Positions 38,053-47,527 of a DNA stretch of 64,000 nt are shown here, piece by piece; positions within the stretch are counted from its first letter, which is position 1, and the number at the start of each line of letters is the position of its first letter. This DNA comes from a virus, in the IMG/VR virus record IMGVR_UViG_3300045988_015843. One strand, written 5' to 3'. The notes under the pieces are model-generated. The model was not told the origin of the DNA. It worked only from the letters and a program-made list of their open reading frames with translations, and searched no databases. The position numbers were made by a program, and so were the translations under genes.

Positions 38053-38392
38053 GAAATATGTGATCGTAGATCTTACAAACGTTGAGAGCCCCAGTGATGT
38101 ATATGCAGCTTTTGTAGAGGCTAAGTGTGGTGTAGAGCCTATCACTAAAGAGGAGATGTTCAACTACGCTATGCACGTCACAGAGCTGATGAATTCAAAC
38201 ATCGTCAAGTCATGCGCTTATCTAGTAGATTATATTGATGCACTGATTGATACAATTGAGAGTGTTTATGATAATGATGATTCTGATGACGCTGAGAATG
38301 CCGTAAAGAAGCGAGAGGGTGAGGAGAATGAGGTTGAGAAGAAGCCTAATATCTTCAAGCGTTTCTGGAACTGGATTACACGTAAGAAATAA
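38030..38392 (+). CDS. hypothetical protein (acidic C-terminus)
   Basis: 120-aa ORF. Confidence 0.55.
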   Translation: MKSMKPVKKYVIVDLTNVESPSDVYAAFVEAKCGVEPITKEEMFNYAMHVTELMNSNIVKSCAYLVDYIDALIDTIESVYDNDDSDDAENAVKKREGEENEVEKKPNIFKRFWNWITRKK

Positions 38393-38439
38393 ATAGTTGG
38401 TTACTAAAAACTATCTGCAGTGACACACAACACTGCAAT

Positions 38440-38530
38440 GCGGGAGTAGCTTATGAGGTAGAGCAGTGTGAAGTCTGGAATAATATCAGATGAGATCCTC
38501 ATGGAAGCAGGTTCGAGTCCTGCCCCTGCG
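38440..38530 (+). ncRNA. Aberrant ~91-nt tRNA-like RNA
   Basis: GCGGGAG TA GCTTATGAGGTAGAGC (canonical 5' acceptor and D arm) ... CAGG TTCGAGT CCTG CCCCTGC G. Acceptor pairs 6/7. The 43-nt middle has no canonical anticodon arm. ATGAGG (38453-38458) can pair with CCTCAT (38497-38502). It is preceded by a 7-bp hairpin at 38417-38438. Confidence 0.4.
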
Positions 38531-38544
38531 CAAAAAACTACAAT

Positions 38545-38763
38545 ATGCGGCTAAAAGAATCTAATAGACCAAAACATTTGTTGTACGCTATTCCTGCAGC
38601 ATTTGTTGGTACGATATTATTCAGTACAGGTCTAGCGTTTGGAATGGAGTTTAAAGACAAACAATGGGGAGGTAAGTTCGATTGGCTTGATATAGCTGCT
38701 ACAGAAATAGGTGGTTTAATCGGACAAGCACTTCAAATAGGAGTGATTTCATTATTTGTTTAA
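38545..38763 (+). CDS. small membrane protein
   Basis: 72-aa ORF with two hydrophobic helices, followed by the hairpin AACCTC-CTTAAGAAA-GAGGTT. Confidence 0.55.
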   Translation: MRLKESNRPKHLLYAIPAAFVGTILFSTGLAFGMEFKDKQWGGKFDWLDIAATEIGGLIGQALQIGVISLFV

Positions 38764-38830
38764 TTAATTAACCTCCTTAAGAAAGAGGTTAACACTGCCC
38801 TATGGTGTAGCGATTAGCACAAGAGGCTCT

Positions 38831-39809
38831 TTTATCCAATGAATAATTGAATATATGGAAAATAAAATATATAAGCTCTCAGACGAACAGTTTGTTGAGC
38901 TGCTCAAGAATAGTTCGACTATATCTGAAGTGTTATTTAAATTAGGTTATAGTGTAAAGGGTAATTCTTGGGGGTTTGCTAAAGTTAAACAAAGAATGTC
39001 TGATTTAAATTTAGACGGAAGTATATTTAAAGGTAAATCTCCAATTACGAAATATGGTACTTTACACAAAGTAAATGCTTCAGATATATTAAAACCTAAT
39101 TGTAAACATGCTCGTTCTGTTTTAAGACGATATGTCATAAAAAATAATCTAATCCCATATCGATGTGCGATTTGCGGATGTGTTGAATGGCAAGGTCGTA
39201 CATTAAGCTTAGAGCTTGATCATATAAACGGAATCAACAACGATAATCGTATAGAAAATCTACGATTTCTATGTCCGAATTGTCATAGTCAGACAACTAC
39301 TTATGGTAGTAGAAATCAACAAAGAAATGATTCTGAATATGAAATTACAGACGATCTTAGAAATTTAGTTGAAGCTGAGTATCAAAAACGTCGTAATATA
39401 AAACAAGTTTCTTCAGCACTTGGTGTTCGTAGACATGTTGTAAACAGGATTGTTAGCGAAAGCGGTTTGAAAAAATCTAATCAAAAATATGTGATTCGAT
39501 ACGATGAGAACTGGAACGAAATTGCACGATATGGTTCTTTGATAGAGACTGCAAAGCAACTTATTCTCAACAACGAAGTTAAAACAAAACGAATTAAAAC
39601 ATGTACTCGTACGATCATGTACAATAAGGATAATTTTTGGTTGAACAGTCATTGGAAAATATTGGATGGTAGCGGGATAATAAATAATCCGCTATTAGAA
39701 TCTTCTCTAATTGACTCGGAAGACAATGTTGACGAGGCGCAAGCGAAAGCAGCGTGACAGACTGAACGAGAAGACTGGTCTTAGGACTGGATGCAACAGT
39801 CGATTTATG
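38831..39809 (+). mobile_element. Group I-like intron carrying an HNH homing endonuclease
   Basis: 979 nt inserted in the anticodon loop. P7-like pairing: C39758-G39802, bulged A39759, G39760-C39801, A-T, C-G, T-A. GNRA hairpins GCGCAAGC and GCGAAAGC lie at 39737-39750. The terminal nucleotide is G. P1/IGS was not identified by eye. Confidence 0.6.
38855..39757 (+). CDS. HNH homing endonuclease (intron-encoded)
   Basis: LELDHINGINNDNRIENLRFLCPNCHS is an HNH motif with a CxxC pair (CAICGC ... CPNCH). TAG-free, TGA stop. Confidence 0.85.
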   Translation: MENKIYKLSDEQFVELLKNSSTISEVLFKLGYSVKGNSWGFAKVKQRMSDLNLDGSIFKGKSPITKYGTLHKVNASDILKPNCKHARSVLRRYVIKNNLIPYRCAICGCVEWQGRTLSLELDHINGINNDNRIENLRFLCPNCHSQTTTYGSRNQQRNDSEYEITDDLRNLVEAEYQKRRNIKQVSSALGVRRHVVNRIVSESGLKKSNQKYVIRYDENWNEIARYGSLIETAKQLILNNEVKTKRIKTCTRTIMYNKDNFWLNSHWKILDGSGIINNPLLESSLIDSEDNVDEAQAKAA

Positions 39810-39861
39810 AACCCTCCTGGTCCGGGTTTGACTCCTGGTAGGGCTACTAAAATATAATAAG

Positions 39862-40425
39862 ATGGAAATTAAATTCAAGAAACTTTCTCATAAGGCTGTA
39901 ATGCCTTCAAAAGCACATAAGACAGATGCTGGTTTTGATCTAACTACTACGGGTATAACGACAGAGTTGAATGAGTGTGGTCAGTTGGTGATCGTATATC
40001 ATACAGATCTTGCATTAGAGATTCCTGAAGGATACTTTGCTCTGGTGATGCCAAGATCATCTATTGCAAAGAAGTCATTACGTCTTACGAATAGTTGTGG
40101 TGTGATCGATTCAGGCTATCGTGGTGAAATACTTGGTAAATTTATCGCAACTACAGATGTTGTTCCTGCCGTATACAAGGTTGATGATAAATTTGCTCAG
40201 CTGGTGATCTTGCCTGTTCCTGATGTAGAGTTTGTTGAGTCTGATAATTTTTCAGAATCTGATCGAGCTGATGGTGGTTACGGATCTTCTGATAAGGCAC
40301 AGACTGCTGTAGACTCTGATACTAATACATCTGGCAACGACGAAAATATTTCAGTGCGAAGTGCACGACCGACAGATTGGCAGTCTGCAGTAACTGAGGA
40401 CAATCAGTGCGAGTCTGCAGCATAA
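39862..40425 (+). CDS. dut: dUTP diphosphatase with C-terminal extension
   Basis: KTDAGFDL, PRSS, VIDSGYRGEI and the DRADGGYGSS motif are typical of trimeric dUTPases. Confidence 0.85.
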   Translation: MEIKFKKLSHKAVMPSKAHKTDAGFDLTTTGITTELNECGQLVIVYHTDLALEIPEGYFALVMPRSSIAKKSLRLTNSCGVIDSGYRGEILGKFIATTDVVPAVYKVDDKFAQLVILPVPDVEFVESDNFSESDRADGGYGSSDKAQTAVDSDTNTSGNDENISVRSARPTDWQSAVTEDNQCESAA

Positions 40426-40453
40426 TAACACATGACAACCATCAAGGTTGTTT

Positions 40454-40528
40454 GGAAGTTTAGCTCAGTTGGTTTAGAGCGTCTGCCTTACAAGCAGAAG
40501 GTCGATGGTTCGAATCCACCAACTTCCA
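40454..40528 (+). tRNA. tRNA-Val anticodon TAC
   Basis: GGAAGTT TAGCTCAGTTGGTTTAGAGC G TCTGC CTTACAA GCAGA AGGTC GATGG TTCGAAT CCACC AACTTCC A. Confidence 0.85.
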
Positions 40529-40612
40529 CCTTCATTTTTTTCATACTGACTTTTTGAATTTGCGTTACTCCAACTTCGGTTGGAGTAATTGCGTATATAC
40601 GTATATATAAAT

Positions 40613-41104
40613 ATGATTTATTCAAAGCTTAGACGTACAAATATACAGAATGCGGCAGGTACTCCTGTCACACCTCGTATTTTACATATGCAAGAGCCTG
40701 ATAAATTGAAAATCGTGGATAGCTCTCAGTTTCAATTCGGAGATGTTCTCGATGCAAAATCTACAATGGAACTTATCGGAAAGGGCGGTGGTTCTGGTGT
40801 AGATATGAAAATGCTCTAGGCATATGTGAACAAAATGACGATTGAGTATGATCCAGCAACTAAATCTGTAAAACTAATCTCTCCAGATGGGATTGTTATT
40901 GGATCTGCTGATATGTCATCTATTGCAACAGAGGGTGGTGTTGCAATTGAATCTGGTTCTTACGATAAGGGTAGTGATAAACAGAACGTGCTGCGTCTGA
41001 AAATGACTGACGGATCTTCTAAGGAGATCTTGATGAACGATGTTATGGACTCTAATGACGATTATTCTATCGACACAAAAGACATCGCATCAATCTTAAA
41101 TTAA
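40613..41104 (+). CDS. hypothetical virion protein (1 in-frame TAG); first TAG-containing plus-strand gene
   Basis: Track ORFs 40589-40819 and 40826-41104 share a frame and are joined by TAG 40817-40819. Start taken at ATG 40613. Confidence 0.6.
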
Positions 41105-41185
41105 TCACTTAAATTTTTAAATTATGGAAGAGATTAACAAAATTTATACGAGTGACACGGCTAATAGCTTTAGCAATGGTGCTTG

Positions 41186-41869
41186 ATGGGCGCAATGCTT
41201 GGTAATAATGACCGCAACGATGCCTTGACAGCTATGTTAGCTAATGGTGGTAATCAGCAGATGTGGAATAACCCGTTTGCATATCTGATATGGTTGATAT
41301 TTACCGGTCAGTTCGGTGGCTTCGGCAATAACGCAAATAATTGCATTGGTGATCAAATCCAGAATTTACAAAATCAGATTCAAGACAACCATAATAGTGA
41401 TCTCACTATGCAGGCTGTCAATGGTAACACTGGTGCTATTGCACAACTATCTCAGACATTGAATGTCGGATTCGATCAGGTACAGTCAGCTGTTAACCAG
41501 ATGACTACGATGATGTAGGGTGGTATGAACAATATTAATACATCCATTTTATCTCAGGGTTACCAGAATCAACTGAACAATTGTCAACAGACAAATACTA
41601 TTCTGATGCAGAGTCAGGCGCTTCAGAATGCTGTTCAGAACGGTTTCGCACAGGTAGGTTTCCAGGCTGAGCGAAACGCATGTGATGCTAAGGAAACAAG
41701 TACACAGAATACACAGAAGATCATTGATACCCTGACTAATCATTGGAATCTGGAACAGCAGACTACGATTCAGCAACTACGCGATGAGATTGGTAGATTA
41801 AATCAAACCAATGCTCTAATCTCAGTTCTTAAACCGAGCTCTGCTGTCACAACAACTACAACAGTTTAA
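41186..41869 (+). CDS. Gln/Asn-rich hypothetical protein (1 in-frame TAG)
   Basis: 41183-41518 and 41525-41869 are in the same frame, joined by TAG 41516-41518. Confidence 0.6.
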
Positions 41870-41880
41870 TAAAATAATAA

Positions 41881-43191
41881 ATGCAATATTTAGATCTATT
41901 AGGCCTTCAGCAACTTTGGACGTCTGCTAAGGCCAAGTTTGCTACAAAAGGTACTCTTGCAAATAGTGGTATTACAGACGGTTACTCAAGCATTGAGACC
42001 GGTACTGTTGTCCCTATTAGGAATCTTGATAATGGTATTCTCGCAGATATTATCACTGGAAGTGATAATCATAAACTTAAGACTCAGTATGTCACAGTTG
42101 ACGCCACTGGTGGTCTTGCTACAACGAACTATGTTGACACCAAGGTTGGTGCTGTAAAGGTTCCCGCTTATACGCTCACCAAGTCTACATCTACTGATTA
42201 TGCTGCCGTATATCACCTCCAGAAGGATGGTGCTAATGTTGGTGAAGCCATCAACATTCCGAAGGATATGGTTGTTGAGTCAGGTAAGGTTGTTTGGGGT
42301 TCTTATGTTGATGGTGTGTTCACTCCCGCAACGGATAAGAAGAATGCTACTCCGTATGTTGAGTTGACTCTGGCTAACAGTACAGCTAACAAGATTTATA
42401 TCGCTGTTGCTGATCTTGTCAATGAGCATAAGGCTGGTACTGGTATTAGTATTACGAATAACACTGATGGTACTCGTACGATTGAACTTGGAGCTGATGT
42501 TAATGCAAAGATCAACTAGAGTGTGATTGAATTCAGCGTACCTAAAGAGGGCAATAAATTGCTATGCCATAAAAACAACAACGACTCAGTGGCGATATTG
42601 GCGGGTGATGGAACAAATGTTATTATAGGTGAAAATTCGGATGGAATAGCTGAGCTCACTATTAATGCGAATATTCTAAATGATGTCAATGCCGCAAAGT
42701 CTCAGTCAAGCACTAACAAGACCAATCTTGACGCACTAACTAAGCGTGTTGATGGTATTGTTGCAACGGGTGGTGAGGCCAACCAGGATGCTTATTCTAA
42801 CATTAAGGTTGGTTCTACTACGCTTGCTGCTACAAGCAAGACTGATACTGTATAGTTTGCTGGTGCTGGTCTGATTTCTGTAACTGGTTCTACTGCAGAC
42901 AAGAAGGTTACGATCGGCCACTCTAATCCGACTGGTGCCGCTGTTAAGGCAGCTGGTTTCTATAAGTTTGCTACGGATGCTGCTGGTCACGCTACTGGTT
43001 TGACTGCTGTTGCTGCTAGCGATATTACGGCACTCATCGGTGCTCATGGCCTTACGCTGAGCAAGACGAATGCTGCGAACGATACTGCTGCTATCACGAT
43101 TGGTAGCACTTCTTACACGGTTGGTCCGATTCCTCTTGGTGATGAGACTAATCCTGCTAAGGACACTGTTCGTTATATTCTGAATCATTAA
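41881..43191 (+). CDS. tail fiber protein (2 in-frame TAG)
   Basis: 41881-42519, 42523-42855 and 43000-43191 form one frame through TAG 42517 and TAG 42853. The N-terminal MQYLDLLGLQQLW...KFATKG motif is shared with 44200-45753. Confidence 0.65.
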
Positions 43192-43200
43192 TATTGGATT

Positions 43201-43236
43201 GGTACGGGGTTATCTCGTACCCAATCCATTTTTTAA
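43201..43236 (+). terminator. Rho-independent terminator after the tail fiber gene
   Basis: GGTACG-GGGTTATCT-CGTACC followed by CAATCCATTTTTT. Confidence 0.6.
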
Positions 43237-43246
43237 CAACATACAT

Positions 43247-43669
43247 ATGCTATTTAAAGATTTGAAACAAGGATGTTCTGTCTACATGTTTGACAGGAAC
43301 AACATTGAGGTACACACTGTACAAGTTGTAACAGTCTCAACACCTCATATGGATAAGTACAATAACCAATTTGATATGGTGGTTGATGTCGCAGTTTTAG
43401 ATGCCGGTAAGACCCAAACGTATACGTTTAAAGATAGCAATGAAGTTGGGTATACCGGTCAACTTATGATAACTCCTAACAAAGAGTGTGTTATAAAAGA
43501 ACTCCAGTTACTTAAATCTCAATCGCAGACTATACTTGATAACATCGATCAACATAGAAATAATGTTGAAAAGTGTAATGCACTTATTCAAGAGTTTGAC
43601 CCTGCTATAAAAGCAAAGCAGGAAAACGATGCTCGATACGAAGAGCTAAAACAATCTTAGAGAGTTTGA
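43247..43669 (+). CDS. hypothetical protein (TAG three codons before TGA)
   Basis: ATG 43247 lies downstream of the terminator hairpin. TAG 43658 is followed by AGA GTT TGA. Confidence 0.55.
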
Positions 43670-43702
43670 AACAAATGATTATTGATTCTAATAAACCTAA
43701 CG

Positions 43703-44191
43703 ATGGAAACTCTTGATAAGATATTTAAAGATTATGGATACGATAAACAAACATCGGTAATTCATAAAGCGATCACAAACATATCTGAATATTTACAGAA
43801 GGTTTTGGATAAAGACCAGTATTGTAAAGTGATCAAAGATACATATTGTACGTTTGTTGGTGGACATTACAATGAACCGTTTGCTGATGATCAGGTATCT
43901 AAGATGTATTACGAAAAAGATGGGTCTAAATACACAGGACCATTTTTGAACAAGAATCTCGTACTAAATAAGTATAAAGAGATACGTGGCGTAATACCTG
44001 ATTATAATGAGTGGGATTATTATGTAACTGTACAGATGATATATTCAGATAACTATAATCTCATACATGAGTGGTTTCCGAACATATCAGAAGATGAGTT
44101 CAATCAAAAGATTTATCAACTTGCTACCAACTGGTTGAACGATAAGGATAACCCGTTTGGTAATAGTAAAACATGGTGTTATTTTAACTAA
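43703..44191 (+). CDS. hypothetical protein
   Basis: METLDKIFKDYGYD..., TAG-free. Confidence 0.55.
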   Translation: METLDKIFKDYGYDKQTSVIHKAITNISEYLQKVLDKDQYCKVIKDTYCTFVGGHYNEPFADDQVSKMYYEKDGSKYTGPFLNKNLVLNKYKEIRGVIPDYNEWDYYVTVQMIYSDNYNLIHEWFPNISEDEFNQKIYQLATNWLNDKDNPFGNSKTWCYFN

Positions 44192-44199
44192 TATAAATA

Positions 44200-45753
44200 A
44201 TGAAATTTTTAGATCAATCAGGTTTAGTAATTGTTCAATCTTGGATCAACAATAGCTTTGCAAAAGTTGATCAAGCGTTCGGTACTATAAGTTATGCAGG
44301 AAACATATCCGGTATAACTGTTAGTCAAGTCAGTACAACAACAAACGGTAGTCCTTCAACTGTTTATTACGACACAACTGGTGGACAATTTGTATTGAAA
44401 GCTGGTAACAACGTATATTACAACAACTGGCCGAACAAATATGTATGGGTTGTTCCTGGCATTAATGAGCCTTGGGGTTGTGTAATCTATAAAGATCTGA
44501 GCTTAAATAAGCTATATAAATATCTTCCCGAGGAAGGTAGTATGACAGCGTGTGACGTAACAGATTATCCTGCAATGCGTCTTCGTGATCTGCTTGCTGA
44601 TATTGAGATGTATATTGCTCAGAAAAGTATATATGCTCCGTCACAGCATACTCACTCTATTGCAAATGTTACTGGACTTCAGGCCAAGCTTGACACTATA
44701 AACAAGGGTTTGACCGTACTTGGACTTGATCAATGGGGTGCTGTTAAAGTAGATGGTGTTCTGACCAATTCTATTAATGCTGCACAAGGTGGTGTTGGAA
44801 ATCCGACCGATATATATATTGCACAGTCTATCTCAAGTCCGTCTGGTACGATATCTGGAATTGTTGGTAGGATTGGATCTGCATATTATACGACATGGAG
44901 TGGTACTAATGTACCAACCAATTTGTATATGAAGACAAATGGTAGTCCTTATTACAGCAAGTATTATTATACTATGGGTTCTAATGGTCTGCCAAACGCG
45001 GTATACAGATGGAACGGTCAGAAGTTTACGATCGATGAGGATTATTCAGATCATTCGATTTCTGATGGATTCGGCAAAGACCTTGAGGATGCAATACAGC
45101 CGGCATTGGATTATATTGATACAGTATCTGCTGAGTCGGTATCCAGAACAGATGCTGTTACTCATAGTGCTATTAGCAGTACATCTAGCACAGTAAGATT
45201 AGCTTATGTACTTTCGTCAGCAAGTACACATGGTAATATTAAGAATGCTAGTGCTTCAGAGCTCGGCCTTGTCAATGGTGTAAGTTCATCAGGTACAGGT
45301 AATGTTGTAACAAGTATGTCAAAAGCTGCTAACTCAAGTAGTATTACATGGGAACGTAATTGGGTTGAGCCGTGGACAGCTAATGCTTATCATAAACAGG
45401 CATCTGCAACAGCTCGTATTTCAGCTACTGAAGGTGAGTTCTCGGTCCTTGACTTCAGATCAGGTTCAGGCATGTATCTTGGTTTTGCATCTCCGTATAG
45501 TTTGACTAACGGCATGAACCATCATTGGAGAGGTTTGATTATGAAGAAAGCTAATCAGCCTATTAATATTGCAAAGCCTTCAATGCTCAAAACAGATTCT
45601 GTAATCCTGTGTAACCTTCCACAAACTCAGATTGTTAGTGGTACGAATTTCTATTTTGACGCATATACTACGACAAATACATCATCACTATCACATGATA
45701 CTTTGGTACTAATACTGTATCCGGTTACAAACGTATTAGAGTTTTCAGCTTAA
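44200..45753 (+). CDS. tail fiber / receptor-binding protein
   Basis: 517-aa TAG-free ORF. N-terminal MKFLDQSGLVIVQSWINNSFAK resembles the N-terminus of 41881-43191. Confidence 0.6.
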   Translation: MKFLDQSGLVIVQSWINNSFAKVDQAFGTISYAGNISGITVSQVSTTTNGSPSTVYYDTTGGQFVLKAGNNVYYNNWPNKYVWVVPGINEPWGCVIYKDLSLNKLYKYLPEEGSMTACDVTDYPAMRLRDLLADIEMYIAQKSIYAPSQHTHSIANVTGLQAKLDTINKGLTVLGLDQWGAVKVDGVLTNSINAAQGGVGNPTDIYIAQSISSPSGTISGIVGRIGSAYYTTWSGTNVPTNLYMKTNGSPYYSKYYYTMGSNGLPNAVYRWNGQKFTIDEDYSDHSISDGFGKDLEDAIQPALDYIDTVSAESVSRTDAVTHSAISSTSSTVRLAYVLSSASTHGNIKNASASELGLVNGVSSSGTGNVVTSMSKAANSSSITWERNWVEPWTANAYHKQASATARISATEGEFSVLDFRSGSGMYLGFASPYSLTNGMNHHWRGLIMKKANQPINIAKPSMLKTDSVILCNLPQTQIVSGTNFYFDAYTTTNTSSLSHDTLVLILYPVTNVLEFSA

Positions 45754-45766
45754 TCAATAACCAGCC

Positions 45767-47008
45767 ATGATAAACAATAAACTATTATATTATAAAACAA
45801 AGGATGGTTATGTTAAAGATGCGTCAAACATCTCTTCTGAATCAATAGTTTTCATCGAAGATGATGGTACAATACGCACACATAACAAAACATTCGGACA
45901 GCCGTTGACGGCTGACGAGGACAACCTTACTGTGAAAAACAATGTGATTACAGTTAAGAATCGTATATCGGATCATGGTCGTGGCTATGTTGTTCTCAAG
46001 AAAGACGATGATTTTGTATCATCTGTTGTAGACCAAAATACAACGTATGTTATCAAATATGATTATGTACTAAATGAAGGTCTTAATCTACCTAAGGATG
46101 TAACCCTTAAGTTTGAAGGTGGCTCTCTTACAGGTGGTAGTATCGTTGGTCATGGAGCGTATATAGACGCTCCAACTGATCATCAGATATTTAATAATGT
46201 ACTTGTTGGAGGAAGCTTCTACAATCGTTACTTACCTATCGAATGGTTCGGGCTCCAGAGAGGTACAATAGTGGGTGTAAACTCATTTAATCTAAAAGGT
46301 ACTAAATCTGTAGACAATCTTCCTCAAGATCCTGAAGAGTATGATGCATATGCCGTAGGTCATGATGTATACGTATATTATAAGGACAGAGGTTGGATTA
46401 AGCATGAGAATATTATATCAAGCAAAGCTCTTGATATACAAGCATCACAACCTTCTGAGAGCATATCTATAACTAGTACGAGTATTGATTACGCTGTATC
46501 AGAAGATGGTCAGAATGCTCCAGCAACTGGATGGGCTAAAGAAATACCTACTATAACAATAACACATCGATATGTATGGACTCGTACGATTGTGAATTAT
46601 TCTGATGGTACGAATACAACATCTTATTCTGTAGCATACTCTGGTAAAGATGGTAAGAACGCTTCTGCACTCACTATAAAGGGTCGTGCTGGTAACCATT
46701 TTGCAACAGTAGATGATTTAAAGGCTAGCAATCCTCCTCAGATTTCAGGAACTGTTATATATCTAGTCGATAAACCTTCTGCACACATTACAATAGTAAA
46801 GGATGGAAATGTATTAGCTGGTACTGATGAGCAGGTTAATGATGGTGATGCATACATTATAGCAACAGCTGATAATTCTGGTTCAACAAATGATGTTGTT
46901 TGGATTGCTACAACAAATGGTTGGATTGAGTACCACGGAGGTATCGGATCTGATTCTGAAGTAGATGTTATAACAGATAAAGACCTGTCTGATATGGGTA
47001 TTAAATGA
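45767..47008 (+). CDS. tail fiber/spike-like protein
   Basis: 413-aa TAG-free ORF adjacent to the tail fiber genes. Confidence 0.5.
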   Translation: MINNKLLYYKTKDGYVKDASNISSESIVFIEDDGTIRTHNKTFGQPLTADEDNLTVKNNVITVKNRISDHGRGYVVLKKDDDFVSSVVDQNTTYVIKYDYVLNEGLNLPKDVTLKFEGGSLTGGSIVGHGAYIDAPTDHQIFNNVLVGGSFYNRYLPIEWFGLQRGTIVGVNSFNLKGTKSVDNLPQDPEEYDAYAVGHDVYVYYKDRGWIKHENIISSKALDIQASQPSESISITSTSIDYAVSEDGQNAPATGWAKEIPTITITHRYVWTRTIVNYSDGTNTTSYSVAYSGKDGKNASALTIKGRAGNHFATVDDLKASNPPQISGTVIYLVDKPSAHITIVKDGNVLAGTDEQVNDGDAYIIATADNSGSTNDVVWIATTNGWIEYHGGIGSDSEVDVITDKDLSDMGIK

Positions 47009-47009
47009 T

Positions 47010-47525
47010 ATGTTTGACATACAAGGAAATAAAATAAAACTAAGTACTGAGGATTTAGCAATACCCCCATTTAAAGATTACTACAACAATGCTGAAGATA
47101 AGACGTATGCATTAAAGGCTATTGAATACGTCATATGGAATAAGAAATGGAATAGTCCATATAATGCATATCCAGAAAAAGATAGAGCGTCTAAGATAGC
47201 TTATGATGTGTTTGGAGATGCTAATTATATTCCAGATGATACAGTTAAAGATTTGATGCAGCGATTTACAGAATTTCAAGAAACTCCTGGAACAAGATTG
47301 CTAACAGCATCTAGATCTGCTGCAGAAGGACTTATTGAAGCATTGAGTAGTTATTCTGAAGATGGTATGGATATTGACACAGCTATCAAAGTTACTCGTA
47401 TCCTCAAGGATGTTGGTAATATAGTCAAGTCTCTTGATATAGCTGAAAAACAAACTAAAGCTGAACAATAGGAGACTGGTAGAATTAAAGGCGGTGGTAC
47501 ACTCAGCGCTTTTGAAATTGCTTAA
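47010..47525 (+). CDS. hypothetical protein upstream of TerL (small terminase candidate; 1 in-frame TAG)
   Basis: The frame continues past TAG 47469 for 17 codons to TAA 47523. The functional suggestion is by position only. Confidence 0.45.
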
Positions 47526-47527
47526 AC

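Larger units (their letters stand above)
38796..39846 (+). tRNA. Intron-split tRNA, predicted anticodon CUA (amber suppressor, Gln-like); exons 38796-38830 and 39810-39846
   Basis: Joined exons: TGCCCTA TG GTGT AGCGATTA GCAC A AGAGG CTCTAAC CCTCC TGGT CCGGG TTTGACT CCTGG TAGGGCT A (72 nt). All four arms fold. The junction is fixed by U at -1 (T38830) and G at the intron 3' end (G39809). Confidence 0.65.

Noticed and set aside
38827-38840. Relationship between the intron 5' end (CTCTTTTATCCAATG) and the minus-strand form of the 31.2-31.7 kb motif (CTCTTTATCCAACCC)
   Set aside because: Only a 9-mer (TTTATCCAA) is shared. A match of that length is roughly expected by chance in 128 kb of two-strand sequence.
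41124-41190. Programmed frameshift linking the 20-codon ORF 41124-41186 to 41186-41869
   Set aside because: There is no slippery heptamer or downstream structure, and ATG 41186 gives a simple start. The short upstream ORF may be a leader peptide or noise.
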